From the NCBI GenBank assembly GCA_000934665.2, contig KZ538685.1, positions 1 through 53,917 of the forward strand: 53,917 bases of DNA. Reading direction: 5' to 3'. Positions 11,391 to 46,300 of the stretch are shown here, piece after piece; the stretch's first letter is position 1; each line of letters opens with the position of its first letter. The notes below the pieces were generated by a model, which did no database searches, was not told where the DNA came from, and saw only the letters and a program-made list of their open reading frames with translations. The translations under genes and the position numbers were made by a program. The stretch comes from Catajapyx aquilonaris. Its lineage: Eukaryota.

Positions 11391-12804
11391 AGCATGCCTT
11401 TATTGATGTCCAACACTGTACCTTCCAGAAACCGTCAATAAGATGCTTTCGCTACAAGGTGGATTGAGTGAATGCATAGTCCATTGAGAGAATCTCTCGG
11501 TGGGAACAAAATTAGCACATAATAAAGCCTGGTATCCATGCAAGAATTTCTTTCGTCAGAGTTCTCTTGTGCAAGAAATCTTGTATGTCGAGGCAGATTG
11601 TGTATCACCTGGCATGTACAGTTGGCTTCTCTGACATGAGAAACTCTCACGTGGATACAGGCCTTACCTCTGCTCACTTTTTTTTTTCTTCAAAAGTTCA
11701 AGTGTGGTTGCTCACGCTGTGTGAGACCAGAATTTCTCCAGGCTGCATGGACTGTAGTCCATCTGTGGTCAGTGAGAGTCCTCCAGGAGGCCTGCAACAT
11801 TTAAAAATTCATTTTTTAATGAAGTTTTACTGGTAAATTTCATGGACATATTAACCACAACACTGTGGCAAAGCCAGCAGAATTTGATGGATGGGAAGTT
11901 AATAGTGTGGCGTAGTGTGGTGAACAAGTACCGTAATAGTTTTTGGCATATTTTCTTCTGCATATCTTCCCCACCCTTTGCCAACTACCACCCCCATCAT
12001 AAAGTTATGCTGTAGCTAGATGACATTTTCTCGCCCCTTTTCCAGCCAATAAATGTGTTCTGGCTGCGGTTCAACCAGACCTTTTTAGCAGATATTTACC
12101 AAAATAAGTATTAAATTAGATAATAGCGATGCCACAATAGTCAACAATGAAACTTAACAATTTATTAAAGGCTTGTGACATCACTACCATTCTCTGGTTG
12201 AATGAATAATGCCATAATTGTTTACGAGCAAAGAAAAAGAGCCCATGCATTTCATATGGGCATCACACTATTTGACTACAGCTGGACTTCAGGCACCATC
12301 CTCGAAGGATTCAGCCAATGAAGAGCAAGATGTACTGGAGCATGATGTGCAGTGTTATTCACACATATTTTTTTCATTTACTTAAATACACTATATTAAC
12401 TGGAGCACTAGCCACTTACTTAGTTGCAACAATTTTGAGTACTTTTGGCCAATATATACATATTTACGAAGGTGTAGGTGATTGGGCTAGTCTAAAGTCC
12501 CGGCATGTCATCTATGTGCTGCTTTTGGGACAAACGCACGTGTTTATTAGTGTTGAAGATGAATGCAGGGATTTTTATCAAGCCCTGAATTGCTCCAGGG
12601 ATTACTTCTATTATAAAGTAAGTAATTGCTTCTTTTATAGTGCAAGTAATCCCCGATTTCTCAAGGAGTGAGTGACAGCAATGCGGCATGTTTATGTGCT
12701 ACAAAAAGTCACAGATATTTATGCGGGAATTGTTTTAAACATAATAAGACCGCAGGGGGAAATTAAATGTTGTGTTTCTTACTTTTGTAATTTCAGGGGG
12801 ACAG

Positions 12805-14761
12805 ATGAATCTGAGGCTACAGCCCTTTGCACACTGTCGCCGATGGTTCAGTAGGCGACGATTGACCAACCCAGCGCATGGCGCCTACTCTGTGATATGT
12901 GCACCTGGAAAGGTGTCTCCATTCAGAGAGGTCCCAGGGCACATCAAATGCCCCCATTACGCCCACACAGGAAATCCTGACATCAGTGCAGATGGGTGTC
13001 CGATTAAGTACGACCTTGTCAAGCCAGAGTGGAAGATCCAGAAGATCAGGGCTGCATGTCAGTTGGCAAGGCTGGTCCTCAACAGTGTGGGGTCAGAGGT
13101 CAAGGAGGGTGTCACCACAGACCAGTTGGATGCCTATGCTCACGAGATCACCACCAGTCACGGTGCATACCCATCCCCGCTCAACTACCATGGCTTCCCA
13201 AAGTCCATTTGCACGTCAGTTAATAACGTGGCATGCCATGGGATTCCAGATGACTGGCGGCTTAGAGATGGGGACATAGTTTCTGTGGATGTCACTGTAT
13301 ACCTTGATGGCGTGCATGGAGATTGCTGTGATACCTTCACTGTTGGAAATGTTGATGATGCAGGTTGCTAATGCAGATTCTCTTATTTTTGTGTGAATGA
13401 TGCTCCAAGGACTGTCAGTTAAGATCACCCTTGACAGAATTAGTCCTACAGTCTGCAGGCATATGTAGAAAGTGCTTGTAATGTGGCAGGTTTGCTACTC
13501 CAAGCTCCTTCATCCACCATTCCTTTCTCTGTAGTTGATGGGTTGTGTGTGAATTGATTATTGAACACTGTCAGGTTCCGCACTCTGCGGTACCGTACCC
13601 TGGCTAGCTCAAGTACACAACACTCAGGGAAGTAACATTTTGGGCACTTTCACTACATTTATTGAACCTGCCTGTTATGAAATTCACTCCTATAAAAGGA
13701 TATAAAGGAGTATTACCAGTTATAATTCAGTTTTGTGCCACTTGAAATGGTATGTGAAAATTCCGCCTGTAGGGAATCCTGCAATATAAGGATCTGCCAT
13801 GTTCTTTTTGCCAGTCTCAAAGAAAGAAATGTCAGGCACAGAGGCTGTAGCAGCCCCCTGCAACTCATACAATATGGTAGTGTAACATAAAAGTCTCCAT
13901 CCATGGCGCTGTCGCATAGGGCATTCGCAGATCACCAGTCAGCCACCCGAACCACAAGATCCCTGTGGGGCCATGTCAGCGACAAATTCCAGGCTGGGGG
14001 AGACTTTTATATTCAACAACCGTCACCATAGGGCTAGATAGGCAGTTGCCGGAGGCTGGGCTCTAGTCTAAGCCTTTTAATACTATCCGCATGATTTGAA
14101 AAGCACAGTGCAGGTACCCTCGTCAGGCTCAGAGTGACTTTTGGGGTAGTCTTTGAAACCTTCATTTGAAGAAAATCATTATTGATGAAGTTGGAAAAGT
14201 TGCTCTCCCACCCTGCCGTCCTGGGAGAGTTGTAGTAGATGCATGGCTTTTAAAACGGTGGTTGAAATGTTAATATTTTGCAGGTTCAGATAATACGTAC
14301 ATACTTTATTCTGTTTTACCTTGTCATTGGTAGGTTTGCAACTGGTTAAGGCAGCGAGGGAGTGCCTACTGAGCGGCATAAGTGCCTGTTCTCCCGGTTC
14401 TCCCTTCTCTGCAATTGGCCGCTCAGTGGAACATGCTGCACAGAAAAACAAAGTGACTGTTGTTCCCTGTTTCCTGGGGCATGGTATAGGATCCAATTTC
14501 CATGAGCCTCCAGACGTGTATCACTTTGACACGGAAGAAGGTGACCTTGTGCAGACTGAAAATGGAAGCGAATCTCCTGTGATACTGTCAATGGCAGAAG
14601 GGATGACTTTCACTGTGGAACCTGTCATTACTCAAGGATCGCCTGATGTTGTCATCTTGGAAGATGGATGGACAGCTGTCATGCTTGACAATTCCAGGGC
14701 AGCACAGTTTGAGCATACTGTTCTGGTCACTTCGAATGGGATTGAAATTCTAACAGCTTAA
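12805..14761 (+). CDS. METAP1D: Methionine aminopeptidase 1D, mitochondrial; 2 coding exons, 328 aa
   Basis: Exons 12805-13363 and 14334-14761 are joined across a phase-1 intron. Type-I MetAP motifs are present (AYPSPLNYHGFPKSICTSVNNVACHGIPD, DIVSVDVT, HGDCC, GHGIG, TFTVEP, AQFEHT), including all D/D/H/E/E metal ligands. The N-terminus is Arg-rich and acid-free (MNLRLQPFAHCRRWFSRRR), like a mitochondrial presequence, and lacks the METAP1 zinc finger. Confidence 0.93.
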
Positions 14762-16741
14762 CAGGAATTCTTATAAATTGTTAAGAAAAATTGATGTTTT
14801 TCTTAGGTCTACAGACAAAATCGTTGTCTAGTGGAAGTTTTTTTTTCACAACCCAATTCCCTCCAGACACATGAATGCATTTCTTTGTCAATGCTCAACT
14901 TCATGGAGACTGGCTCCAGTTTGGAGTTACACCATTTGCTCTTATTTTAAACACCCCTTTGATAAGCTTCAATTTTTATTAGATTTCTAACCACAGGACA
15001 AAACTTGCTTTGAATATACAAAACTATTTTTTAAACTTGCAATGAAGAGCTGAAGGTTAAATAAGGTGGGGGGTAATGGAACCTGCTACATTGACGATTC
15101 ACTATGAAGCTCAAAAACATACTACTCTGTCCAAAGAGCTTATAATTCACTCGGCCCTTTGCTAAGTTAGCCCTGTTCTCTCCAAAAATTGATATCCAGT
15201 TTTCAGAAATGGCCCAATTCCTTTCCATTTATTACACACCATCGTAATTAACCTGTAAACATGCAAGGTAACAAATCCCTAATTTCACTAAAATAATGCA
15301 CTTTTCTGTATGCTATTGCTTTATTCTTCTGCAGAAGTTCGGAGCAACATTCATCCTCTTTTTTTGTATCGATTAACAAACACATGTCATTCGTTCCTAC
15401 TTTCATAATATTTTTTGTCAAGTCCCACATGCCGCTCAGGGAAAAAATTACATAACTTAATTAAAAATTAAATGAATAAATATCTAAAAAATAGATTTGT
15501 AATTGTAAAAGTATTAAAGCTAAGTACACCTCATTTATTAAAATGTTGACAATTAAACGTGTTTTTTCTTTCAAAATTACTACCCAAATTTTGTAAAATC
15601 TTCATTTAAAATGAACGTAAGTTGTCGGCTAGGAAACCCAGTTTTTCTTCCACTCTCCCTCTTTTTTTATGTAGAAATGCACTTTGAGATCACAAAACAG
15701 ACTCCCCTTTTTTCCCTTTTCTTGTCAAAAAATTTACTTAGTGAATAACAGGTAGGACTCATTAACTCTTTTTTCTTTTAGCTATTCAAGAAACATGGTG
15801 GAATAATACCTGTGCACATTATTTCTGCATATGATTGTCCCGATGCCTTCTCTGAAGTACATTATGCGTTGGAACAAAAAAAATTTCATGAAAGTCCATG
15901 AAAAAAATTTGCACTTGTGCACAGGTATTTACTTTTTGGTACAACACTTATAAGTTATTTGAACCTTGTAATCGCTGCAACTTTTTTTTCTCTCATGAAG
16001 ATTCTTTGTAAGTGTAATACACAACATCTTTACAGAAAAAAATTTACAAATCTCTGTAACTGCGATAGATTACGATAACAATAATAAGTTAACAATCTTC
16101 TCCTCTCTTTTTTGGCGACAACAAGGTTTGGCGGAGCTGTGGCTTCACCCTCTCTGAACGTGTGCCGATTTTTGAAACAAATGCCTTGGGTTATTTTCTC
16201 TAGTTCAGACGGGGTTGGCCACCAATAGTAATAAGTTTTTTTCTCTAAGACAACTTTGCATCTGCTACTAAAAAATGGGGTAGCTCTTTTCATGCAACTT
16301 TCCACTTCAATATTTTTATTCTTTTGTACCTACAAGTAGTCCTGTAGCAAATAAATATTGTGGGATTGGGGCGAGGGGGAAGCACGAATGTTAAGTTTCT
16401 TTTGGTTTTATCACTAAGTGAGCCACAAGTTGCTACCGTCTCTATTGGTCACACAAAAATATGTGGAAATATGCAAAGCCAACATTTAACTCTCAAGACC
16501 TCTCTTTTTGGTGTTTTTGTGTTTCTTTTTTTTCTCTTGGACTTTGACATGTTTCTAGTAATTAAAGATGGTAGGTGAGAAACAATGATTTGATGTGGGA
16601 GTCTCAGTCAAACCATGAATTGTGCATTTTTAGGTTAGGTTCAAGACAACAGAAAAGTGAAAACAAAAAAGAAAATGCAGACTTTTGTGAGCAACTTGTC
16701 ATATTACTAAATTTTCCCCTACATTGCTATAGAAGTGGCTT

Positions 16742-16746
<5 letters not shown>

Positions 16747-16772
<26 letters not shown>
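16747..16772. repeat. (CT)13 microsatellite, probably in the KCC 3' UTR
   Basis: Read directly from the sequence. Confidence 0.95.
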
Positions 16773-16776
<4 letters not shown>

Positions 16777-17489
16777 TTTCAGCAGGCTTTTCAGCCATCC
16801 ACTGACGTTTTTTTCCCATTTTTACAAAGGGGCAGACAGCGAAGAATTGCAGTAGAAATAGAACTATAAATAGACTGGACCTTAAGGATTGTGTCAGTTT
16901 TTTTCGGTTTTTCAATTTCCTTCTTTTGGGAGATGCATACGATTCACATCCCTCTTTTACGTTTTAATCCAGCGATTTGCATTTGTTCTTGTCAGTGTTC
17001 ATTGTGTAGGAATGCTGGTGTTCGGAGTTGTGAACTTTACACACACGCACACACACATAAAAAGAGACATGCACACATGATTCTTGATGAAAGCAAGAAA
17101 AAAATCAGCAGCTCTAATCATCTCATTTATAAATACACTCAAAAAATAATGTCTACCTTACCGTAAGGAACAAATTTTCCAAAAAAACAACATTAAAATT
17201 AACTGGACTAAAATCAGGAGGGGTAGGGTATAAAAAATATTATGCAATTACAGAAATGATTCTCACTACACTCTTCATTTGAAAAAAAAAAAACAAAAAA
17301 AAATCACCACCTTTGAAATCCTTTGTCTACCTTTTTTTTTCTTTTTACCTTCATTACTCTTTGTCCTCGGAGAAGATTTTCTTCTCTCCCTTTAGAAATT
17401 TAGGGAGGTAGTTAAGGGGGATAAGTTGAAGGGATGTGGATAATTGGAGTTCTGGATGGGTAACAGGGTAGGGCAATTATTAGAATGAT

Positions 17490-37946
<20,457 letters not shown>

Positions 37947-38350
37947 GGCCCTCCCAAGAGATCAACCCAAACACCAAGATCACACCACCGCGCGGTCGGA
38001 GGTCACCGAAAATTTCCTTGCCCCCCACCACCAAAAAACCCGGGTTTTTGTCAGCTGCCCCCGGGAACCGACGTGACTGCTCTACCCTTTCCCTACCTCC
38101 TATTGATGTGTCGGAAAGCGGCGCGGGCACCGAACGGGGGAGGGGCGAGGGCAGCGCCTCGGTCCCAGGCCGCGGCGACGCTCCAAAGCTAGGCCTCGCC
38201 GCCACCCACTCTACGGAACAGCTCCCGATTGCTGCTGGAGGAGGTGGTGGGTGGGTGGGGAGAAAGTCGGAGGGGGAAAAAAAAAAAGAAAAACGGGGTC
38301 TGCCGCCGTTTTTTGGATTAGACTACTCCGGCAGGAACCGGACCTAAACC
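37947..38350 (-). promoter_or_regulatory. GC/CpG-rich 5' UTR and promoter region of the KCC proximal first exon
   Basis: Very GC- and CpG-rich stretch directly upstream of the ATG at 37946 (context GGGCCATGT). Confidence 0.55.
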
Positions 38351-40212
38351 GGTTGCAGTACTATTTAACTGCTGGAGATGTAGTGCATGGGAACGTGCGT
38401 ATTTTGGTTTGCCTGCGTTACATTGGATGGGGAGGAAGTAATCGATAGGATGATCGCGGTGCATTTGAACGTGCCTGATAAATGCTAATGGGAGGACATA
38501 AACTGGACTGTGTTTGTGCTGAGAAGAGCAAAACTGAGCAGATGGGACAGCCTATTTTTATTTTTATTTTTTTACAATTTTGTTTGAAAAATTACAGTGT
38601 CAACGAAGCGAGAGGATATTTTCAAAAAATTCAGTTCCGACTTGTCAGGCGATGCGCCCTGGTGTGAGAGCAATTTTTATGACATGTTGCGCCAGTTTGT
38701 GCGTTCATATTATGTCGGTGCACTGTACGATCTGTGCATTCACTGCCTTCCCTTATGGAAGGTAATCATGCTGCCGGGCAGCCAATTAGTGAGGTTATTG
38801 CATTTCATGCTTAATAACAGTAATTTTCACTTCATTAATCACGCCACTGTAATGTACGTTTGGAAAGTAACTAGTGCTGATGTGTATATGAATCTTGAAA
38901 ATTTTTCAACGAATACTGTATTAACGAGCAATGTCAAGTAGTTTACACGCGACGCAGACTATACAGAAAGAATATGGCTAGCTGAAGGGCCAGCTTCAAA
39001 AGGAACATCGGCAAGTACTTGTTTATTACACGATCAGCAGTACTTCAATCAGGCCGCAGTCATTTATGTATTAACATTTATCAAATTTTCATTTCACGCA
39101 ACTCCAATTTCTACCAAACTTTCGGAATCTTACAATAAATTTGAAAGTCGCGCTGCATTCCCGAAACTTGCCGATAATGAAAGTTGGACTTCCATAATTG
39201 AAAGAAAATTTTTGCTCCACTTTTCTGAAGCCGAAAATTGGCTGCCAGGCGCTAAAATCTCAGATTAAAATTCATTTACTCTCCTTACGCCCTCATTCAC
39301 CTCAGACCAAAGTGCTTTAAAATGTTCAACTACTCGGAAGCTCCCGATTTAAATCTGACTCCCAACCTGCAATAAAACCCTTAATGCCTCCCACAACCAT
39401 CATGCGAATACATCTTATTTCGCCTCTAATAAAATGCTACCAAACGAATAACACACCAACACTTCACCATCAAGCATTGATTGTTCATGCCCTCGCAAGT
39501 GCATCCCATCCATTTCCAGTTAAACAGGTGATAAACAGCGAATTCAAGTGCACGAAAGTAAACTCACACAATAATGCATCCGTTTCAAAGTGATAAGACA
39601 GTTGGCAGTTAGGCCTATTGTGCCCGTACGTGTCGTCACACAAACGAGGCCCATTCTTCCTAAGGATTGTTCATCCTGCACAGCCAGCAACCAAAAAGCC
39701 TCTTCTGTTCGACGGGTACAGTATATACAAGGGGCGACGGAACCGGATTTGAATATGGCATCCAATAGTCACGAATCTGCTTTAGGTGCTGGTAACTTTA
39801 CAGAAAAAAAACTCCTTTTAGACGTTGAATTGAAATAAACCGGATTTCAGGCACTGAAAATGTGGAGCAGTTGGAACAATACGCAACAAAGGTTGAAAGC
39901 CCACTTACAGCCCAGAATCCCCTTCAGGCAGGAGGCATAAGCTGTACAGTATGCCCATTCAAGCGAACAAGTGTGATCGGGTAAGTACTTTCTACGCTCT
40001 CAAAGGTAGCACCAAAACTCCGGATTTTTCATAGTTCATCCCATTATTCTAAGGGACCGTTCATAGGAAAGACACATCAGTGTCGAATCAACAAAAGTCA
40101 CTGGCCGCACCCACGAATATTGGCCGGTGACCAAATGGGCTGAAGTTTTCAACCGTAAAGTGAAAGCAGTCCCCTCAAACTACAACTGTCAACTGTGTCG
40201 GAACCCCCCCCC

Positions 40213-40322
40213 NNNNNNNNNNNNNNNNNNNNNNNNNNNNNNNNNNNNNNNNNNNNNNNNNNNNNNNNNNNNNNNNNNNNNNNNNNNNNNNNNNNNNNNN
40301 NNNNNNNNNNNNNNNNNNNNNN
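40213..40322. other. Assembly gap (110 N) within a poly-C tract
   Basis: Run of N flanked by C homopolymers on both sides. Confidence 0.99.
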
Positions 40323-43300
40323 CCCCCCCCCCCCCCCCACTATCACAGCTAAAAATAGCGGATCAAAACAACTGTAGGAATGTAATTCGCCTTCGGGCCT
40401 TCAGTGAGCGAGCATCTCGGACGAGACAAGCCTGCCATTACCATCCCAAGTACCATTACTACCGAGGACGGCAGAAAATTGAAATAAGCCACTTCCCAAG
40501 CGGTCATTCCATTCCAAGCGTGACCAGTCCCCGTCTGATAAATGCCTGGCCACTGCTTAAATGGTGACTAATTCCACGCTTCACACCCCTCTAGCTCGAG
40601 ATGATGATGACCACACAGCTCCCGAAGGAAAAGTTCAGGTAAACCCCATCGCGGGAAGTTTATGGGGCGAAAAGATTCACCGATCCGTCTCTTCAAGTCG
40701 GGGGAATCAGTAGACTGTGATGACTCTGATGGGGGGCGTCGCTCAAGATTGGACGCCCACAAAACGAATATAGCTTCATCCACAAGTAGTGCAAAAAAAA
40801 AAAAAATCGATTCCAAAGGGGTTATTCCGTTCGAAGGGCTATTTTCTAGCTACAGTTAATGTTATGGTCGGTTGAAAGCGGGTAGGTAAAGAACAGGTTG
40901 TAAAATAAACCATCAACAGGACCAACATTGTATTTCAGTGTAATTAACAGTAGGAGGACCTTATCGATTTTTGGAACGAAACTGCTTAATATTTAGCAGC
41001 TCACTTTAGAGTTTATAAAATAATAGCTGCTAATATAAGGTTGAGGTTCCTAAAAATGGGTCCATTGACCATCGAATCATAAGCTGGGGCATTCATCCCA
41101 ATTGGCCTTAAAAATTCCTATACTTAACCTAACACAAGGAGCTATAATATTATAATCCCTAAGAGTACTTCTCCCGAAGTAACTGCTCTAATAATTAGTA
41201 CCATACCACTGCGGACATTTCAACACATTGTATTATACATGAGATGGAAAGATTTTGGCGGTTCCCTTTTAATCTTGCGCATGTGCGTTTGAAGCACAAG
41301 CTTAACACTTCCGCTCTAAATGCCCATGCGCAAAATGGCTGAAAACTCTGCAATGTTTCACGAAGATTAATTCAGTTCTTGTCAAGAGCCGCGGCTGCCA
41401 GCGGTAAACAAGCGGTAAATTCTAGCGACTCAATCTATGAATCATGACGCGATTAATTATCCATCATCCTAAGCAGAGATGATAGTTTAATAAACGCTCG
41501 GGCTATGCAAACGGTGCCATAATGTGACTCGCTCCTCGTAAGAGCGCGGTATATGGAAGCGCATATCGTGCCACGCCTGCATTGTTGGAAACTTCCAGAC
41601 GAAATGGACTCGGTTGGCCAAGGCTTCAATTGGCGTCCGTAATATCGAAACATTACCACGGCAATATAGTTTGCAGTTATGTAATTTTCATTCCACTTTC
41701 AAGGTCCCAAACAACCACAACAGACGTCAACGGCAACCTCGACCTACACCCATGTCGAATCCAACCGTAAATTAATTAGCCTCTAACACGTAATAAAGCA
41801 CTGATTCATTAATTCAAGAAGAAATATAGCATCCATCATGAGCAGGCACATTTCAACCAAATAACATTACGTCGTTGTATAATTATGCCATATATTTGCT
41901 GTTGCTAGATTTGCTAACGTCCGCTGTGAGATAGGACTAACACAATGGCCAAGACTTACATAAACATGTGGGAAATGGGTAAGCCTACACATTACAATGT
42001 GAATAGTCGGCCATTTAAAATAGCTTTTAGGTCGCATATTATCAAGTTGAGTTGCATTTTAGTTCCATATAATCAATTTTGCTTCATTGACTTATTTTGT
42101 CAAACCCAAAAGTACGGTATACGGACAACCCCATTCAGGAATAGAACTTTCTTCGATTCTCTACGAACGCATAGACGCATAGTGTGCTTGATCTAAGGAC
42201 AATCAAAAATAGATGAAACTTTACCATATGTGTCATCGCATGCAAAGTTCATGGAATAAATCTGGGAGCATTAGATACGCCGCCAGCCAGAGTTTTGCCA
42301 TAACGTTTGACGACCTTTTCGCGAAAATAGAAACATCGTAAAAAAAAAATATCTGAGGTGCAGCTTCCCCGCCTGGAGCTGCAGTGATATATTTTGTACG
42401 CAACAAAAGCAAACGTCAAGCTAGACATTATGCTGGAGGGGGGGAAAAAAACCTCGCCGACACCTTTCAGGCGGGGGCTTTCACTTCCTAAATATAATCT
42501 CTTCTGACGAGTTAAACTCTCGCGAAAATAACTCGGTAATTGCAACTGGCATTGAATACAGAGCATGACTGAGAGTAATCTCCTTTTTCTGGACCACTCT
42601 GGAGCACTTACCACAATTTACTGTTACGAAACACCACTTTAAGCCTCTCTTTAAAATCAAAACCTTTTAGACCACACGATCTTTAAGAGGGCTTGCTAAT
42701 AATTTAACCGGCCAAACACGTTTTGAATTTTACATGTGCACATAATAAAGTCGTAACTTCAAACACGAGAAATTTCATCGACATTGCTTTCAACTACAGT
42801 AACGCCAAACATCAACAGTATTATTTGCTCAACCCATACATCCACAAACTCCTTCACTGATTCAAAAAAAAAAATCGTCCCAAACCTTTAAAAAACCCCA
42901 GCTTATCTGCGATACTGTTCAGGTTTAAAGCTAGAAGCACGGCAGTTGAAGTCATTAATTCAGTAGCCTTTATCTTGACAGGCGCTATTAAACTCATGTC
43001 GCAGATGGAGGCTCCGACGCGCCCGGCACAAGGACAGGCTTGCGAAATGGAAGGCTCTCGGGGATTCAAGCAGCAGGACCTCCATATATGCAACGGAAAA
43101 GCCCCTTTGCATTATATCACAATTACCTATATGACGCTCATCTCAGCATGCACGCAAAACTACTGCAAATGAAAATTCTCAGTTGCAATCTTTTGGGAGC
43201 TAAATGAGTGCTGAAGTCGGATTTCTATCTGGAGTAATGTCGAGCACTGTAACGAGAGTGGGGTGTGCTATTAAAGCTATAAGCACAGTCCTTTTGTCCA

Positions 43301-46300
43301 TGGAGAAGCAGAATGGTACAGATGAGAGTTCTAGAACGGATATCTAAGGCAATGAGTAGTGCACCTGTACTATCTGTCCACAAAGCCTTTTTTTGGACAA
43401 CTAACACCTCATCAGCCGCTTGCAGTACTCTTGTATTACATCGACGTCACCAAAATCCAGCCAGTCCTACGCAAACCGCAATGGTGCTTCCGGAGGCAAC
43501 CACTTACAGTAATTAGGATCACATTACGAGCAGGGATGCCAAAGCCTCTGAATATCTCGCCTATCAAACACACAACGTTTTTTCGTGTAATATGGCGCAA
43601 TGCAATAATGGCGTAACGTGCAGGCAGCGTCCAATAAGCAAAAATTCTGCATCGCACGGAAATTCGCAATTTCCTCGATTCTACACCATTAAGTACCGAT
43701 AAGCCCAAGGCAAATTCCACCGGGAGGCACAGGAAACATCGTTACTGACATAATTCTCGAGAGGTGTAGGCCAAGCGGGAGGGAACATCCACCCCAAAAA
43801 AAATCCGCATCCCCCTCATTTCAGGCGCCCCCAACCCTGACTCCGCATCACATGAGAGGACCCACATATTTTTTAAAAAATATGCCAAAAAAACGACCCC
43901 ACCCCAAAGGCCCAAAACTGACCCTCCTGAACAGCCCCAATTATATATGTAACCGTCAGCTCTCCTCCAGAAACGGTCAATATTCCCACCCTTCTCTAAG
44001 TTCCTTCCTTTCCCCTAGCTATGTCAACATCCTAGTCGAGGTGAGTTGAGGTGACACAACCCCCTATACCTTAGCCCATTTCATACGCTCCGCTAACATC
44101 CCAACCTCCCCCTACTACCCTCGTAGCCCCATCAAAAACCCACCCCCGCAGACTAGCTACCACCGCATCTCTCAGGGCAGATCGATCCAGGAAGAGTTGG
44201 TGGTGGTGGTGCAGGGGAAGAGCTCGGCAGCGGCCTCAAAAGCCCGCATAGCTTCTATTTTCCCCGTCTGGACCGCTCTATCCAAACCAAAGGGGGCTAG
44301 GGCGGCAATCCGTATCCCCATGGCATGTTTGTTTTAATTGCACCGCCTAGAAGGGGAGCAATTTTTCTCCTGGAACGGTGCATAACTCTGGGTAAGAAGT
44401 TAATTCAGGCCTCCAGTTGAAAAGGGTCGGAGCCTGCACATTTAATGAGCTTGCGTAACTGCAAGATGTTGCTTCGAGTGAAGCCTGAGATACCTGCTGG
44501 CAAGAAGGGTGGATTGCGTGAATGTGGGTGTACTAAGAAGCGTTTGTGATGTAAATGTAACTTTTGGAAGGGGGGTGTCTTATACTTCGAGGAAGTACCC
44601 CCTGGCTGCTTAGGGACGGGGCGGAACTGGAAGATCTGAGGGATCCATGCAGCTGTTGTGGACCGAGAATTAAAATAAATGAGCAGGGAGTTGCTTACAA
44701 CTCTGGCTCTAATTAGTCAAGTGCACGAAGGATTATAACAACCCCTACAGTACAAACATGACGCAGTACAAACTGAAATTTGTACTTAAATATTTCCGCA
44801 TTATTTCCCACAAAACTACTGGGCTAAAGTAAAAGTGGTCGTCGCATACTGTTCAGTCTATTTTCGCACAATTGTTCGATGTTTATTAGCATCAATGATG
44901 CAGACTATCCTGATGAACGACAGTCACTTTTCGTCTCAATACAAACGTGCAGAAGTAAGCCCTGCTGCTGGGCTATATATAGGCTCCATCTACAGTAGTT
45001 TCATATCTAAAGGACAACACATCAGACTCGACAACCACATTTGATGCCTGCTGGGCGCAATCCATTATGGAGAACTAACATATATGCCAAATCCACTCCA
45101 GGCAGTGAATTAAGTGGCCTACTGCATGCCGCTCATCGTCATGTATAGTTCAATATTAAATTCTCCAGGAAAGCCTTTACCAAAAATATAAAATAAAAAT
45201 AAATCCCGGTATAAAACCGACATGGGAAAAAGACAGACTGAGCAGAATGGTTTGTTCTCAAACAAAAGACTACCACCGACACTCGTTTTTGGTGGGCGAA
45301 GACTATGAAAATAATACCACTTTTCCCGATAGGACCCGAAAAATGGAGCCGCCGTATAACAAGGAAAACAGGGCTGGGAAACAAGCTCTCGACTCACTAT
45401 ACCAACACCAGCTGCAATTCCGAAAAAAGGGATGATCCAGTTACAAGGCTACACCAATTTTCACCACTGGAGAGTTGAAAGGCGCCTGTTATTCCGGCCT
45501 CCACGCGAGGCAAGGTGGCAATAAAGGTTGCATAGCGGATAGGATATATTGAAAGAAACCGGATAGGGAAGCTGTGTCCAGAGCAAGCAAAAAAAAAAAG
45601 TCCATTCGTAGGAAATGGCTTGATGGAAATTGGGCACAAAGCCAGAGTACTGCTGCGCTGAGCGTTGCCAAGGAACCTGCTGCGATAACATGTCACCAGA
45701 AAAATGGGGACTAATGTGAAAAGGGAGACGAGATCGTGCCATTGACAGCTCCGTCTCCACTCTCGCTTTCGCCCGACGAGCTGTCCGCAAAATTCGCAAC
45801 CGAGAAGTAATTGTGGCAGGCCACTCACCAAAAAATTCCTCAAAAACTGGGTTGTGGACTGAAGTGATTGAACTTCAAGTACCACACCTGTCTTTCAGTG
45901 TCACCTATAGCATAACTCTGGTAGCACCTCACCAGTCGCGCTACCACTACCTGATCGCAAAACAAAATGGCCACTCCAGTCCAATTCCAGTCGTCCCTAA
46001 AATGAGTTGAGAGACGACTGCGAGCCATTTAGACAAGATCTAGAGACCAGCAAACTTCAGCCTGGGATCAGGGCACGTCCCCAAGGGATGCGACGTCCAA
46101 GAGAAGGCCTGCCCTCCACAGAAACTTGGGTGAAGTCGAGCCTCGGTCGACGACTGTGTAAAGACCGAGGCAGCTCCTGGAGAGCCCCTCAGGACTGGTT
46201 TCGCAGCTAAACGACCTTGTTATGGAACCCGGGCCACAGTCTCCCTTATCCATTCTCGTGCTTCATCTCAAGTCAGGTCAGCATATAATTCTTGCCTATA

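Noticed and set aside
12318..12671. 117-aa ORF upstream of METAP1D as a separate gene
   Set aside because: No recognisable family and AT-rich intron-like composition. More likely METAP1D 5' UTR or promoter sequence.
13364..13371. METAP1D as a truncated pseudogene (ORF stops at 13371)
   Set aside because: The stop lies inside an intron with a weak GTTGCT donor. Splicing to 14334 restores a full enzyme with all metal ligands.
41275..41333. Hairpin TTGCGCATGTGCGTTT..AAATGCCCATGCGCAA
   Set aside because: 14/16 arms with no TSD or context. Probably a decayed repeat fragment.
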